Origin: Podarcis cretensis
Taxonomy: Eukaryota
Assembly (NCBI GenBank): GCA_951804945.1
Contig: OX638149.1
Span: 48,546,001-48,610,000, forward strand
DNA length: 64,000 bases
Direction: 5' to 3'
Below are positions 12,904 to 25,294 of the stretch, one piece after another. The position numbers were made by a program, and so were the translations under genes. The notes below the pieces were generated by a model. The model worked only from the letters and a program-made list of their open reading frames with translations. It ran no database searches and was not told the DNA's origin. Each line of letters starts with the position of its first letter. Within the stretch, counting starts at the first letter, position 1.

Positions 12904-13039
12904 CAGGGCTTTTTTTCAGCCAGAACTCACCTGAACTCGATTCTGACATCTCTCAGGTGGGCACCATTGCCATTATAAGAGAACAAGGGAGGCATTCATG
13001 CTAAGTTCCAGCACTTCTTTTTCTAGAAAAATAACACTG
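12904..13039. mobile_element. hAT-type MITE
   Basis: cagggctttttt...aaaataacactg with 8-bp TSD agtgcaag on both sides. Confidence 0.8.
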
Positions 13040-13721
13040 AGTGCAAGAAAGGAAGTTACCTTTATATTAAGGCACACGTTAGCTTTTATTAAGTTTCATA
13101 TGTGACATGAGTAAACGGATGTCTGGGGTTTACAGTTATCATTTACACAGTGGTTGCACAGTATTTGCTTAGGAATATTTACTTGGGGATCTGCCTGTAC
13201 ATTATACACTGATGTCCTTGTCCTAATTACCGCTACTGTGTCCTTGTTATTAATATTTATTTAGTGCCATCGCTATTCATTGTGCTTTACAGCATAGGCA
13301 GGTGTCTGCTCCAGGACCTTATGTCTAAACTTTTGCAGAGAGGTAGCTGCAAGACAAGGCGAGAGAGGAAAGGGATAACAAGGTAAATATTAAACCTAGG
13401 AGGGTGCTTTCTTTCAAGTCAGGAGACTAGTCCATCCAGCACAGTGTTGTCTACAGCACCTTTCCCAACCTGGTGGCCTCCAGAAGTTGTTGGACTACAA
13501 CTCCCATGACCAGGGCAGTAGTCAGGGATGATGGGAGTTGTGATCCAACAACATCTGGAAGACACCAGGTTGAGGAGGCCTAGTCTAGAGTGACTAGCAG
13601 AGGCTCTCTAGGGTTTCAGAAAGGAATCTGTTCCAGCCCCAGCTGGAGATGCCAGAGATTAAACCCAGGAGCATTGCATGAAATGTGTGTACTCTAGCAC
13701 TATAAGTTATGACCCTTTCCA

Positions 13722-13759
<38 letters not shown>
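13722..13759. repeat. (GAT)n microsatellite
   Basis: Direct reading. Confidence 0.95.
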
Positions 13760-13900
13760 ATAGGGCATGGGTAGCTTTGGCAAAGGACTGGCTCATGTCC
13801 CAGCAAGTGTGAACAGGAAGAAGGAATTTGAATCAGTAGCCAGACTTGAGTAAATAATTATTTAACAGGACAGTGGGTAAATGCTAGTAAATGTTAACAA

Positions 13901-13953
<53 letters not shown>
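13901..13953. repeat. (ATT)n microsatellite
   Basis: Direct reading. Confidence 0.95.
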
Positions 13954-13956
<3 letters not shown>

Positions 13957-14482
13957 TTTCTAGTCTGCTTAATTTCTAGTTGTCTCTAGGTGGTATACAG
14001 TAGCCGTAACAAATACCATAGAGATAAAATCAGTTGAAAACTAACTATTGTGGTCGATGTGACTGTACTGAAGCCACCCGTAAGTCCCTTCCTGTTCACA
14101 TCCTCCATGAGAGTATTCACTATTCCTGCCCTAAGGAGAATACAGTACAGTGTGACATTTGTACAGTACAGCAGTTGAAACAGTAGAGGAAGGAGAGAGA
14201 AGTTGTGTCAGAGATTAACAGCAAAAGATGAAGGCTGAAGGTTGTGTAAGGCACCAACTTGGATGGTTTTAAGAGACGATTAGAGAAATTCAGAGGATAA
14301 GGCTCTTGGTGACTACTAGCTTCCATGGCAGTACTCTGCCTTCACAACCAGAGGTTCTATTGCTTCTGAATGTCAGTTTTTGGAACATACAGGAGATGAG
14401 AGTGCTCTTAGGTCCTGCTTTTGGACTTCCGTCTGGCCACAGCGAGACCAGGGTGCTAGACTAGGTGGGCTGCTGGCCTGAT

Positions 14483-14868
14483 AGAGACACAGGTGGTGCT
14501 GTGGTCTAAGCCACTGAGCCTCTTGGGCTTGCTGATTGGAAGGTCGGCGGTTCGAATCCCCACGATGGAGTGAGCTCCTGTTGCTCTGTCCCAGCTCCTG
14601 CCAACCTAGCAGTTCAAAAGCACGCCAGTGCAAGTAATAAATAGGTACCACTATGGTGGGAAGGTAAACGGCGTTTCTGTGTGCTCTGTTTTCCACCACG
14701 GTGTTTCATTGCACCAGAAGTGGTTTAGTCATGCTGGCCACATGACCTGGAAAGCTGTCTGTGGACAAACGCTGGCTCCCTCGGCTTGAAATTGAGATGA
14801 GCACCGCAACCCCATAGTCACCTTTGACTGGATGTAACTGTCCAGGGGTCCTTTACCTTTTACCTTAC
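14483..14868 (+). mobile_element. Sauria SINE (Squam1-like)
   Basis: tRNA-like head with GGTTCGAATCC B-box, conserved body, (ACCTTT)n tail. Confidence 0.9.
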
Positions 14869-15738
14869 CGGTCTGATCCAGGAGGAATCTTCTTGTGATC
14901 TTAAGGTGTGTGTGCTCAAGCTGCAGTAGGGCATGAGAAACAGGGGGCTGAGCCAAAGGCTTCAAAAAAAGGTGGATTTTGAGCAGGTGTCCTTGGGAGC
15001 ATACAGGGTGGCAACTTACAATAGGATGCTGTATTCCTAAGGGTAACTTCTGCCAAACCCCTCTAGTTCTTTGGCTTCTAGCATCTTAAACTGGAGAGCA
15101 AGGTTCACGATGAGCTGCGGTTTCTCCCACCCCAAGAGGCCGACAAAAATTACAGCAGCTATACTACTGGTGAATAATACATTAAAGTCATTACAAATCT
15201 TTCAATATTAATATTTTAACAGAAGCAAAGATCTTTATTTTATATGTATGGCTTGGTCTTGACCATGTCCCATTAATTACCATGCATCAACACAAAAGCA
15301 TTTCCCAATAGCTCTAATTGAAACACTGGCCAATTTACTAATTAGCTTGAGAGTACAAGGGGAATACACAAAAGGAAATTGCTTTTTGTGTCAAGACTTC
15401 TTTCTCTTTCTGCCCACTGAGAGTGAAGTAGCGGCGGGAACTGTGCATGAAATAAGGAGGTTGGATGTTGTAGCTCAAAGCAGGAGAAATTTGCACAGAA
15501 ACAAAGGTGGATTAACTGTAAGGTTAACTGCATTCTGTGGTGCCCTCTGAGGTCTGGGTGGGTTTATCCCGGGATCATTCAGTGACGCTGAATAGTGGGA
15601 GATTCGGGGCAGACAAATGAAAGCGCTTCTTCCCATAGCATATAGTTAAAACTGTGGAACAAGAGTTCCAACTTGGACAGCCTAAAAAAGGAATTAAACA
15701 AATTCATGGAGGTTAAGGTACTCAGTTACTACTGGTTA

Positions 15739-16088
15739 GTAAAGGTAAAGAGACCCCTGACCATTAGGTCCAGTCACGGACAACTCTGGAGTTGCGGCGC
15801 TCATCTCACTTTACTGGCCGAGGGAGCCGGCGTACAGCTTCCGGGTCATGTGGCCAGCATGACTAAGGCACTTCTGGTGATCCAGAGCAGTACATGGAAA
15901 CGTCGTTTACCTTCCCGCCAGAGCGGTACCTATTTATCTACTTGCACTTTGACGTGCTTTCGAACTGCTAGGTTGGCAGGAGCAGGGACCGAGCAACGGG
16001 AGCTCACCCCGTCGTGGGGATTCGAACCACCGACTTTCTGATCGGCAAGTCCTATGCTCCGTGGTTTAACCCACAGCGCCACCTGTGC
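15739..16088 (-). mobile_element. Sauria SINE
   Basis: (AAAGGT)n at the left, ggattcgaacc at the right, ttagta flanking repeat. Confidence 0.9.
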
Positions 16089-18029
16089 TTAGTAGCAGCT
16101 AGTAAATCCTCTGCCTCTGTAGCCAGAGGTGGTCATGTTTCTGAATGGCAATTGCTGGAGGCCACAGGAGGGGAGAAGGGTCTTATATGCTTGGGTCCTG
16201 CTTGCCACAGGCATTTGGTTGACCACTGTGAGAACAGGACGTTGAACCAAATGGGTCAGTGGCCTGTTCCAGCAGGTTCTTCTTATGTTCTTCTTATAAC
16301 TGTATGCTACTTCCAGGATCTGAGGCTGAATACTGGTTGCTGGGGGGGAGGTCAAGAGGGGAGAGCAGGGGTGGCTGATTCATAAGGGTTAAAGGGTCCT
16401 GTTATGTTCCTGTTCCAAGACAAGGCTCTCTTAAGAATTCTCTACAGCTCAGGAATGATGCAGTCATGAAGAAGAGAGATGTTGTGGTTGCAGGACTTGG
16501 AAAAGAAGGTTTTGCTTTACAAGTGGTTTACAAGAAAGATTGAGGAAAGGGCATTATGAATTGACCTGAGAAATGGGAAGGGGAAAGAGAATACAGAGGA
16601 GGGAATACCAGCAAGAAGGTGGCTTCAGGTGAAAAATGATCTGAGTACAGATTTAACAGTAAATGCAGAACAGAAAGGGTAATTTCAGGATATCTTACAA
16701 GAGAAAGAAGTGGTAGGACCACAAGATTCTGGTAAGGAAGTGAAAGAAAAATTAACAGTTAGTTGGTGAGGGTTATCATTAGTCAAGTGTGAAACACAAG
16801 GAGCTGCCTTGCACTGAGCCACACCATTGTACCACCTAGCTCAGTAGTAACCTGACTGGCAGTAACTCTCCAGAGTTTCAGACAGGTGACATTCGCAATG
16901 CTTCCTAGAAATGCCAAGGATCAAGCCTGGGTCACTTTGCTGTGCAAAACATATTATCCCTGCCCAAGGAACTAAGGAGTTAGCAAGACCTTCTACAATG
17001 ACAGAGAAATTTGGGGAGGAACACTGGTTAGAAACATAAAGAGAAGTAGACACCCTCACTGATTGCCACAGACTTATGGGGTCAGGCCCCTCAGTGTTTT
17101 TGGAAACATTTTGTATTAGACTCAAAGGAGGAAAGACAAAGTAGGAGAGCCAAGGGAACCTGGAGACCATCAGGAGGGAGGGAGACTGATAAGACGCAAA
17201 GAACTGGCAGTTTCTGGCATCTCTCCAATTAAAACAATGGCAGGTGTGTGTGTACTTCTGGCAGGGAAGAGCCTTGAGGCTACCATCTTGATACCCCTTT
17301 GGTGCTGGAGCTGAACGTAGGGCTAATAATGTGAGGAATGAGCCCAGACAAATAATTGCCTCCTGTGGGGTTGTGAAATGGACTCCTGAGAGTGCTGAGG
17401 AACAACTTTCATTTTAAAGTATTTGCAGTTCACTCATTGCACTTGCCAGTAAGACTTACCAAGTTTATGAGTATAAATAGAAAACTCTTTAAAATCAGCT
17501 CCCAGCCCTCCCACTGAAACCCAATTACTACTAAACCAAAACAATGTTTTTTCCACCGTTTCCCCCCTAGCTTAACACACAGTAGTACTGATTCCCAAAT
17601 GGAGGTTCAAGAACCGTTAGTGGCTTCCTGAGCCTTCTTGGCGATCCCAAGCAAAGCTAAACTTGGTCAGATTGGGCCACAAGTAAAAAGTTTAGGATGC
17701 CTCAGAAAAAAGGAAATGCACAAGGTGCTAACCAAATTGATATGGTGGCCATCTCTAGGCCTACTGCGAGGTAAGGAAGGCAGAGATGCTCATTGAGCGA
17801 TCATCAGGCAAGTTGTGCTATAGAAAGTGGAGGCATGTGCCAAATATGGATCATGTGTTGTAATTCGTCAGGGAGGGGCAGATTGGGGCAAGAGGACACA
17901 CTTTCCAACTCCTAAGCATGTGAAACAGGTGCATCTTCTGCATTTGAAGCAAACGAAGAATTTGGTATTTAGTGTACTGTGGTGGTGCCAAATTTGTCTT
18001 TCTTGGCACACTTTTCTGGATCTCAAGCT

Positions 18030-18412
18030 CTTATCACCAAACTTAAAACCATGGAGAGTCCTGGTCTGAACAAAGACCTTGGATTCTTATCTCATTATAC
18101 ATGACAAAGCCATTTTTCACCTTCTCACCCCTTGCTTTTTCCTGTAAGACCTATTGCAGTCGTTAAGAGTCGTCAACAGGCTCATCACAGCTATCTGCCA
18201 ATCACCCATTCCCACCACCCTTCTGAGTAATACCCCTCCCCACCTTCTCACTATATAGAAGGGTCTGGAAACTTCTGTTTCAGTGTATCTGAAGAAGTGT
18301 GCATGCACACGAAAGCTCATACCAAGAACTAACTTAGTTGGTCTTTAAGGTGCTACTGGAAGGAATTTTTTTTTTGTTTTGACTATGGCAGACCAACACG
18401 GCTACCTATCTG
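18030..18412 (+). mobile_element. Penelope-like element 3' fragment/pLTR
   Basis: LITKLKTMESPGLNKDLGFLSHYT* followed by the same 3' region as 237-695. Confidence 0.85.
18285..18322 (+). ncRNA. Minimal type-I hammerhead ribozyme motif, sense to the SLC8A3 pre-mRNA
   Basis: GTAT CTGAAGA A GTGTGCATGCACAC GAAA GCTC ATAC; predicted cleavage after C18318. Confidence 0.75.
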
Positions 18413-19906
18413 TAGCTAGCAACCCTGTTGACAAAAACACAAAAGCGAAACATCACACTTTTCGTTGTGTTATTTTATGTATCTGTTTATTCGCTAGGGT
18501 CCTTAACACTAGACCTTTCAGGATAAGCATCTCCTCTCTTTCTCCCCAACACTTCCTGCCTATGCACATGAAGAACATGTACCAGTGCATTTCCAGTGAG
18601 GTTCTGTGTAGAGCAGCAGGCAGCCTCTTCACTTCTCCAAAATCTTTCCTACTGTCGTGCCCACAGTTTTTCCCAATCATGCAGCCATGTTGGAAGCTCT
18701 CGACTCTGTTGGACGGCCTGGTTGTGGAACTATTACATATTTAATTCCTCTCCTAGTGCAGCTCTCCGTGAGGAACAAAGCCACTACACTCAGTTTTCCT
18801 GTCGCTTTCCGCAAAGGATTGATTAAAAAGCTACCACGACCAGACGAACACACAAGTTGATACTCTTCTTCAGATGTATTTCTCTTTGCACATATTAGCT
18901 GAGGCTGCCCCAGCTGCCTGGATGCAGAGAAAGGAGAGCAATCAGTGATGGATCACTCCTGAAGCCTTAAGGTCCCAGTGTGGCCTTGCAATGCTTTTGA
19001 CTGCCATGCTAGTGTGTTGGATGGGCTATTTGCCGCTTTAGAAGTATCCAGTTGTGGAGGGACACCATGTCTGGTACACAACTGTCAGCTAGGGTGTGGG
19101 GAAGACAGAGAACATTACACAAAGTGCCCACCTGAGAGGCAGCTGGAATTCAGTGTTTGTGAGTGAGAGCCGCTCAGCCAATCCAAGTGCTCTTTGGATC
19201 TCTCGCTTTTCATTCAGGAGAATGCAGCTGTCAAACCTAGGTTGATAATTTCTCCTCTGCTAGAGTCCAGCTCAATTAATTTCAAAAGATTGTCATGACA
19301 TTCTCATGGCAGAGTGTCACAGAGCCCCTTCTCTGTTGTTCTCTTCTTTTTTTGGTGCCTGCTTGTCACACCTTTTATATTAACATGACATCTTCACATT
19401 ATGTTGTCTCTCTTTCTGGCTCTCCATCTCTGTACGCTGCTCTTTGGGAAGTGCCAGGCATGGGTGACCATGGTCTAAGGTAGCAGTGTTCTTTTTTTTA
19501 TCAAATCAGGTATCACCGGTTTCTTTTTCATTTGCTTTTCCTTTTAACATGAAACATCATCATTGCGATTGAAGGCTAGACAGCAAAAAGCCCTGAGCAA
19601 CTGCAATCAGAGCTGTTGACTCCAACTTGTTAGCGGGATTCATAATAGCATAAGAACTGTCCTGCTGGGTCAGACTAAGGTCCATCTAGTCCAGTATTTC
19701 CAATAGTTGCCAACCAGATGTCTTTGGGTGTGCTGTTTTCTGCCAGCATCCAGATGTATGTTGCCCTGTATATATGCAGAGACTGTATTTGGTTATTGTG
19801 ACTAATCACTCCTAAGGATGGGCGAATTTGTCCATTCTGGTTTTTTCTCAGCTTCTAATTTTTCTATTCTTTGGTTCAGTTCTCTATATCTCCACATCAG
19901 TTTGCT

Positions 19907-19943
<37 letters not shown>

Positions 19944-20082
19944 TTTTAGACTGAAAAAATTGTTTATTCATTCAGGCGCTGGACAGAGCACAAGTTCACA
20001 AACTCTGTTCTGTGGACCGCCACTGGTCTACAAGCTTCATTCAGGAGGTACATGGCATTGTCCACATTCACTTTTTCTATTG

Positions 20083-20581
20083 ACTTTTATTTTTTATATA
20101 TATATATAATTTTTATTATTTTCCAATTTTAAGACAAAACCACATACACACATCAACAAACAAAAACAAACACACAGATATAATTTCATAACCTCATTTT
20201 CATAAGCCTTCTTTCTCGGACTTCCCCATACCTCACCCTTTTTGCATCCATATTTTACAATTTTTCAGCAACCCTTTACTCCAATTAATTAAAACTTATT
20301 ATCTTTCTCAATTTCATCTTATTTCAACTAACAATTTCCGCTGCAATTCTGTATCTTCCTTTCCCTTGACATTTTAGCACTCATCAATATTGTAACAGTT
20401 CTTAAGATAAGCTTTGAACTTCTTCCAATCTTCCTCCACCATCTCTTTCTCTTGGTCACGGATTCTGCCAGTCATTTCTGCCAATCCCATAAAGTCAATC
20501 ACTTTCGTCTGCCATTCTTCCAGTGTGGGGAGTTCTTGTGTCTTCCAATACTTTGCTAGAAGGATCCTTGCTGCTGTAGTG
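20083..20581 (-). mobile_element. L1-clade LINE 3' end
   Basis: The minus strand encodes TTAARILLAKYWKTQELPTLEEWQTKV...EDWKKFKAYL, then a 3' UTR with AATAAA and an A/AT tail. Confidence 0.8.
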
Positions 20582-20933
20582 CTGTAATTATTTATTTTTT
20601 TAAATTATAATTCCTTAGGAAAATTCATGGAGATGTTGGTGCAAATTTCTCCCAATTATACACATTTTTGCACAACCATTTTCAACAATGCAATGCCTTT
20701 TTCTATGTTCTTTTTCAATAACACGTTCGTTTTATGAACAGTTTACCCTACCGTATGCCTTTTTGTACTCATTACATGGCTTAACAACTGCTTTGCAAAA
20801 TTCGGAGAAGGGCACATTTCAATAGATGGCATGCTGTTTTGGGAAGTGTAAATTAGTTAGACTTGCCTTTGAATATGAACTGAACTGAATTTCTCTTCCA
20901 TCCCTCGGGAAAAAACCCAGGTTTGCAGAAGTA

Positions 20934-21098
20934 CCGTATTTTCTGTGTATAAGACATGGGGTTTTTTCCTAAAAAGTAATGTCAAAAATTAGGGGGCGTC
21001 TTATACACAAATACATCTCCCCCATTTTCTTAAATCTAAGTCCCCCCAAATAGGGGGCGTCTTATACATGGGGGCGTCTTACAGACGGAAAAATACGG
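20934..21098. mobile_element. Tc1/mariner (pogo/Tc2-like) MITE
   Basis: TA|ccgtatttt ... aaaatacgg|TA; three internal ggggcgtctta repeats. Confidence 0.8.
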
Positions 21099-22146
21099 TA
21101 CATTAAGGAAACATGTAAAGCCCCTGAAATGACTCAGTAGTCTAGATCAATTGGAAAAGAAGAGTGGAAAGTTGGTGGTGAGGAACAGAATGGCATGTTG
21201 GAGGAGGGCATGGCTGACTGGAACCCTGAAAAGGAATACTTCTATTAGGAGATAAGAATACCCTGCAGTGTTTTGTTGCAGGTCACTCTGCACTGAATAT
21301 AGTGCTGACTATAAGTGCTGAGGAGAAGTATAGAATCATAGAATTGTAGGGTTAGAAGACACCATGTGGGTCATCTAGTCCAATCCCCTGCAGTACAGGA
21401 ATCTCAAGCATGCACGAGAAACTGCATACAAAAATATGTTTATTAGGAGAAAGTTTCACGAGGACTTTGTTTTTTTAAAAGTTGCAAACTGATATGGAAG
21501 TATGGTGAAATGAACTTAAGGTTGGATAAATGACAAACTGAGAGGATCTGAAAATATTCACACATCCTTAAGTTATCCCCATCATCCTTATACTTTTCCT
21601 CTTGTTCCTCCAAAACAGGTGGTCCTGTTTTGTCTCAGCACTCACCACCCAAGTTTGGTATTAGAGGGTGATGGGTGGGGTAGGAATCCAACCTTTCTAT
21701 ACTGTTTATTCATCTGTTACACAGGAAGGTCAATAAATTAGTGGAAAGAGTAGGCTGTTTTTCATTCGGTACTTTATCTTGTGCTGCAAGTTGGTGATTG
21801 CTAGCATTTAGATTAGTATTTTATATATAATAGACTACTGAAGCTGCCACCAAGTGATAAATCTTCACACATTCCATTTTGTTTTTCTTGATAATTGCAA
21901 CAGTCTCTTGTAAATTTGAACACATGAAGCCACCATCTTTTTTGTTTTTATTCTTCTTCTGATTATCTTGGATCAGGTCTTCAGCACATTGTATTTGATC
22001 ATAGTAACCCAACAAAAATATGAAAGATGCAATGAAATGCTGCTTAAACAGAGTTGATCTTACCTCAGTTTTGGATTCACAACCAGTATTGTGGGAGCAA
22101 AACATTTCATAACATTCGCTTGCATTTGTTCCTTGTTACCCTTGGC

Positions 22147-22514
22147 GGGACGCGGATGGCACTGTGGGTAAAACCTCAGTGCCTAGGACTTGCCGATCGT
22201 ATGGTCGGCGGTTCGAATCCCCGCGGGGGGGTGAGCTCCCGTCTTTCGGTCCCAGCTCCTGCCCACCTAGCAGTTCGAAAGCACTCTTAAGTGCAAGTAG
22301 ATAAATAGGGACCGCTTTATAGTGGGAAGGTAAACGGCGTTTCTATGTGCTGCGCTGGTGCTGGCTCGCCAGCTGCAGCTTCGTCACGCTGGCCACGTGA
22401 CCCAGAAGTGTCTTCGGACAGCGCCGGCTCACGGCCTCTAGAACGAGATGAGCACGCAACCCTAGAGTCGGACACGACTGGCCCGTACGGGCAGGGGTAC
22501 CTTTACCTTTACCT
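22147..22514 (+). mobile_element. Sauria SINE, young copy
   Basis: Full head, CpG-rich body, (ACCTTT)n tail, TSD ttacccttg. Confidence 0.92.
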
Positions 22515-22828
22515 TTACCCTTGCCTCACGTAACCCACCCCCATCTCAATTCCAACTTGAAGCTCCTTGAGGCAGAGACGAGGCTTTTGCTTATCTGTCA
22601 AGCTCCAACACTGTATACTGTGCTTTGTAAGTGAGGAAATAAGAGCATGCCTGTTGCCCACATGAGTCAGGTAAAGGGTGGGGTTGGAGTTCAGTAATAT
22701 TTAAGGTGACATATTCTTATTGATGCATTCCAGTCTCAATGAAATTTATTTTGAAAGTGGGAGTTTCTCAAGGGATAAATTTCAGCCCTAAGATAGATTC
22801 CAAGACAGCACCATTCATCTGTTTACTA

Positions 22829-22963
22829 NNNNNNNNNNNNNNNNNNNNNNNNNNNNNNNNNNNNNNNNNNNNNNNNNNNNNNNNNNNNNNNNNNNNNNNN
22901 NNNNNNNNNNNNNNNNNNNNNNNNNNNNNNNNNNNNNNNNNNNNNNNNNNNNNNNNNNNNNNN
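22829..22963. other. Assembly gap (N run)
   Basis: Run of n. Confidence 1.
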
Positions 22964-25187
22964 GGGTACGCATGGGTACGTATACCCCTAAACATTTTGT
23001 GAATCTAAGTTTGGCCTCACTGAGGGGCAGTATTTCAATATGAGTAGGAAAATGAGAGTACCCCTAAACTTTTTTAAAAAAGAAAAAAAGCACTGTTTAT
23101 ATGTAAGGCACCTTCTGCTTCACATTGAGTGTTTGCAAATTCAACATAACATACAGGATGAGAAAATCTTGGGGTCATTAATGACTAAATAAGGTGACAG
23201 GACCTTTTTTGGTTTGCAACAAGGAGGAAACCATCCATTTCCCGGGTTTGTTATCCAATTCAAATAGTTGTTTTTCAAACAGTTTAAAACACAGTCTTCC
23301 CCAGCAGTTCTGTCTGTGACTGATGGTAGTTGTAGTTCAAAACATCTGGAAAGTACCAGATTGGGGGAGACTGATTTAGAGCTTGATGGATGAGCATCTG
23401 CCCCTGAAGAAGGAATTCAAAGGCTATTGGTAGCGTTTCCACAGAGATTTTACTAACTTTCCTGAATCAAATTGTTACCTTTATGTTGGACTTTAATGTT
23501 GGGAGGAACTTCTGAATATTTTGGTTATCTACCCAAATCAAAGCAGCTTTGCTTCCCCTTCCCCCCACTTTTCCTACTTCCTTAGTGGTGATTTTCATAT
23601 TTTGCAGCCAGGTTCTTTCCTTCCTCAGTTCCCCAGTGAAGCGCTGTCTTGTTACCATCATAATAATTTGCTTAAGGTTTGCTGTTGCAAGTTAGGAAAG
23701 CAGTTGCTTTAGAAGTCCTCAGGATAAGTTTTGAAACTGTTTCAAGACCATCAGATGTGAAGAACTAGAGTTTTTGGTTATTTGCAAAACAGGCTTGGAA
23801 ATAGAAGTAACAACAGAGCAAGGGATGGCTGACATGCAATAGTGTGCCTTTAATATTTGAAAATAGTGGTGGTTGCTTGCATGACAGATCATTTCCCCCC
23901 TGCATACCCTCCCTTTAATTTGTCATGTAGTTCCCCCAAGTATCTGGAGCAGATTTGGAGAGGGCATGGGGTACACATGGGGGGGGTAGGAGGAAATCTA
24001 CCATTATTTACTTTTACTTTATTAATGTCAAAATAAATATGTTGCCTTCATCATTTTAGGCACTCACTAACCCACACAGAGAACTGGAAGAGAGTACACC
24101 AATGCAGGCTTCATCTGAAGTGCAAATGGTAGATTTGGGGAGGACTGGTTTTTGCTGCAAAGAGAGAAAGAGTTAAAAACTTCCCCGCCCACCCCATCGT
24201 TCTGAGACTACTCTGGTTTTCCTGTAATTGCTATTTTACATTATGAGAAATGTGCACATCAATTGCATTCATGCAATTAATGTCATGTCTAGTTTGGCCC
24301 TGAGTCACATTCAACAGATCTAGTTAATGAAGTAACACTGTCTGCCATTACTGTCTTAACACAACATGCACTTTACAGGGGTATGAGTGTTTGCTTTTAA
24401 AATAAAGAAAAATCAAAGATATACTGTAATTTAAAGGCCAACTATGAGGATCTATATGCCAAGGAACAGGTGTGATTTCTTACAGATTTTTAGCGTTAAT
24501 AGAGTTCTAACATTTTTCTCCTACTGACACCTTTCTTATACTGACACTTTTATACAAACAAACTTTGGTGTGGAATGCCCCGATCTTATAATATTTTCAG
24601 AATCTTTGCTTACTTGGTTTTAAAAAACAGAACAAAATTTAAAAAGTGTTAAAATGAATAGTGTTTTGTAACCTTGATGCAAAATAATTTTTTTTCATTT
24701 CTAGCCAACTGAATTGTGTCATAAATTTCTGAAATGTTCCATTTTAAAAATGTAGTGGGTTGTTAAAAATTACCTTTCCATTTGCGATATGCTATTTAAT
24801 TTTTTAACTCAGAGTTAACAATGCATCTTAAATGTCCTGTTTGAGTTGCCTAAGTTAACCCTTGTGTATGTGGTGGGCAAATGCCTTCTGATATGACTCC
24901 TATGACAACAAGGTTTTAGATGTAAATAGAGGGCTTAGCATATGAGTTCGTTTTGCAAAAAGAACAAAATTTAGCACTGTGTGGCCAGCGTCTGGTGCCA
25001 ATGTTCTGCCAGACTAGCTAGCTGCCCAGCAAAAGGTTTAAATCTCTACTGTGTTTTGCCATTCGTAATGGGTGAGTAAGCTTTGACCATCTAAAATCTC
25101 TCTTTGGCTTCTCTCTCCCTCTCTTGACCCAGCTTGCCTCCCCGCCCCTTCTCCCCATTATGACACTTATTATTTTTCCATTCACAG

Positions 25188-25294
25188 CAAAACTATTCAC
25201 ATCAAGGTAATTGATGATGAGGAGTATGAGAAAAACAAGACTTTCTTCATTGAGCTGATGGGCCCACGCATGGTGGATATGAGTTTACAGAAAG
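25188..25294 (+). CDS. SLC8A3: NCX3 mutually exclusive exon A (107 nt), KTIHIKVIDDEEYEKNKTFFIELMGPRMVDMSLQK
   Basis: Acceptor tttttccattcacag|C, donor AAAG|gtgtag; phase 2 in, phase 1 out; translation matches NCX exon A. Confidence 0.93.
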
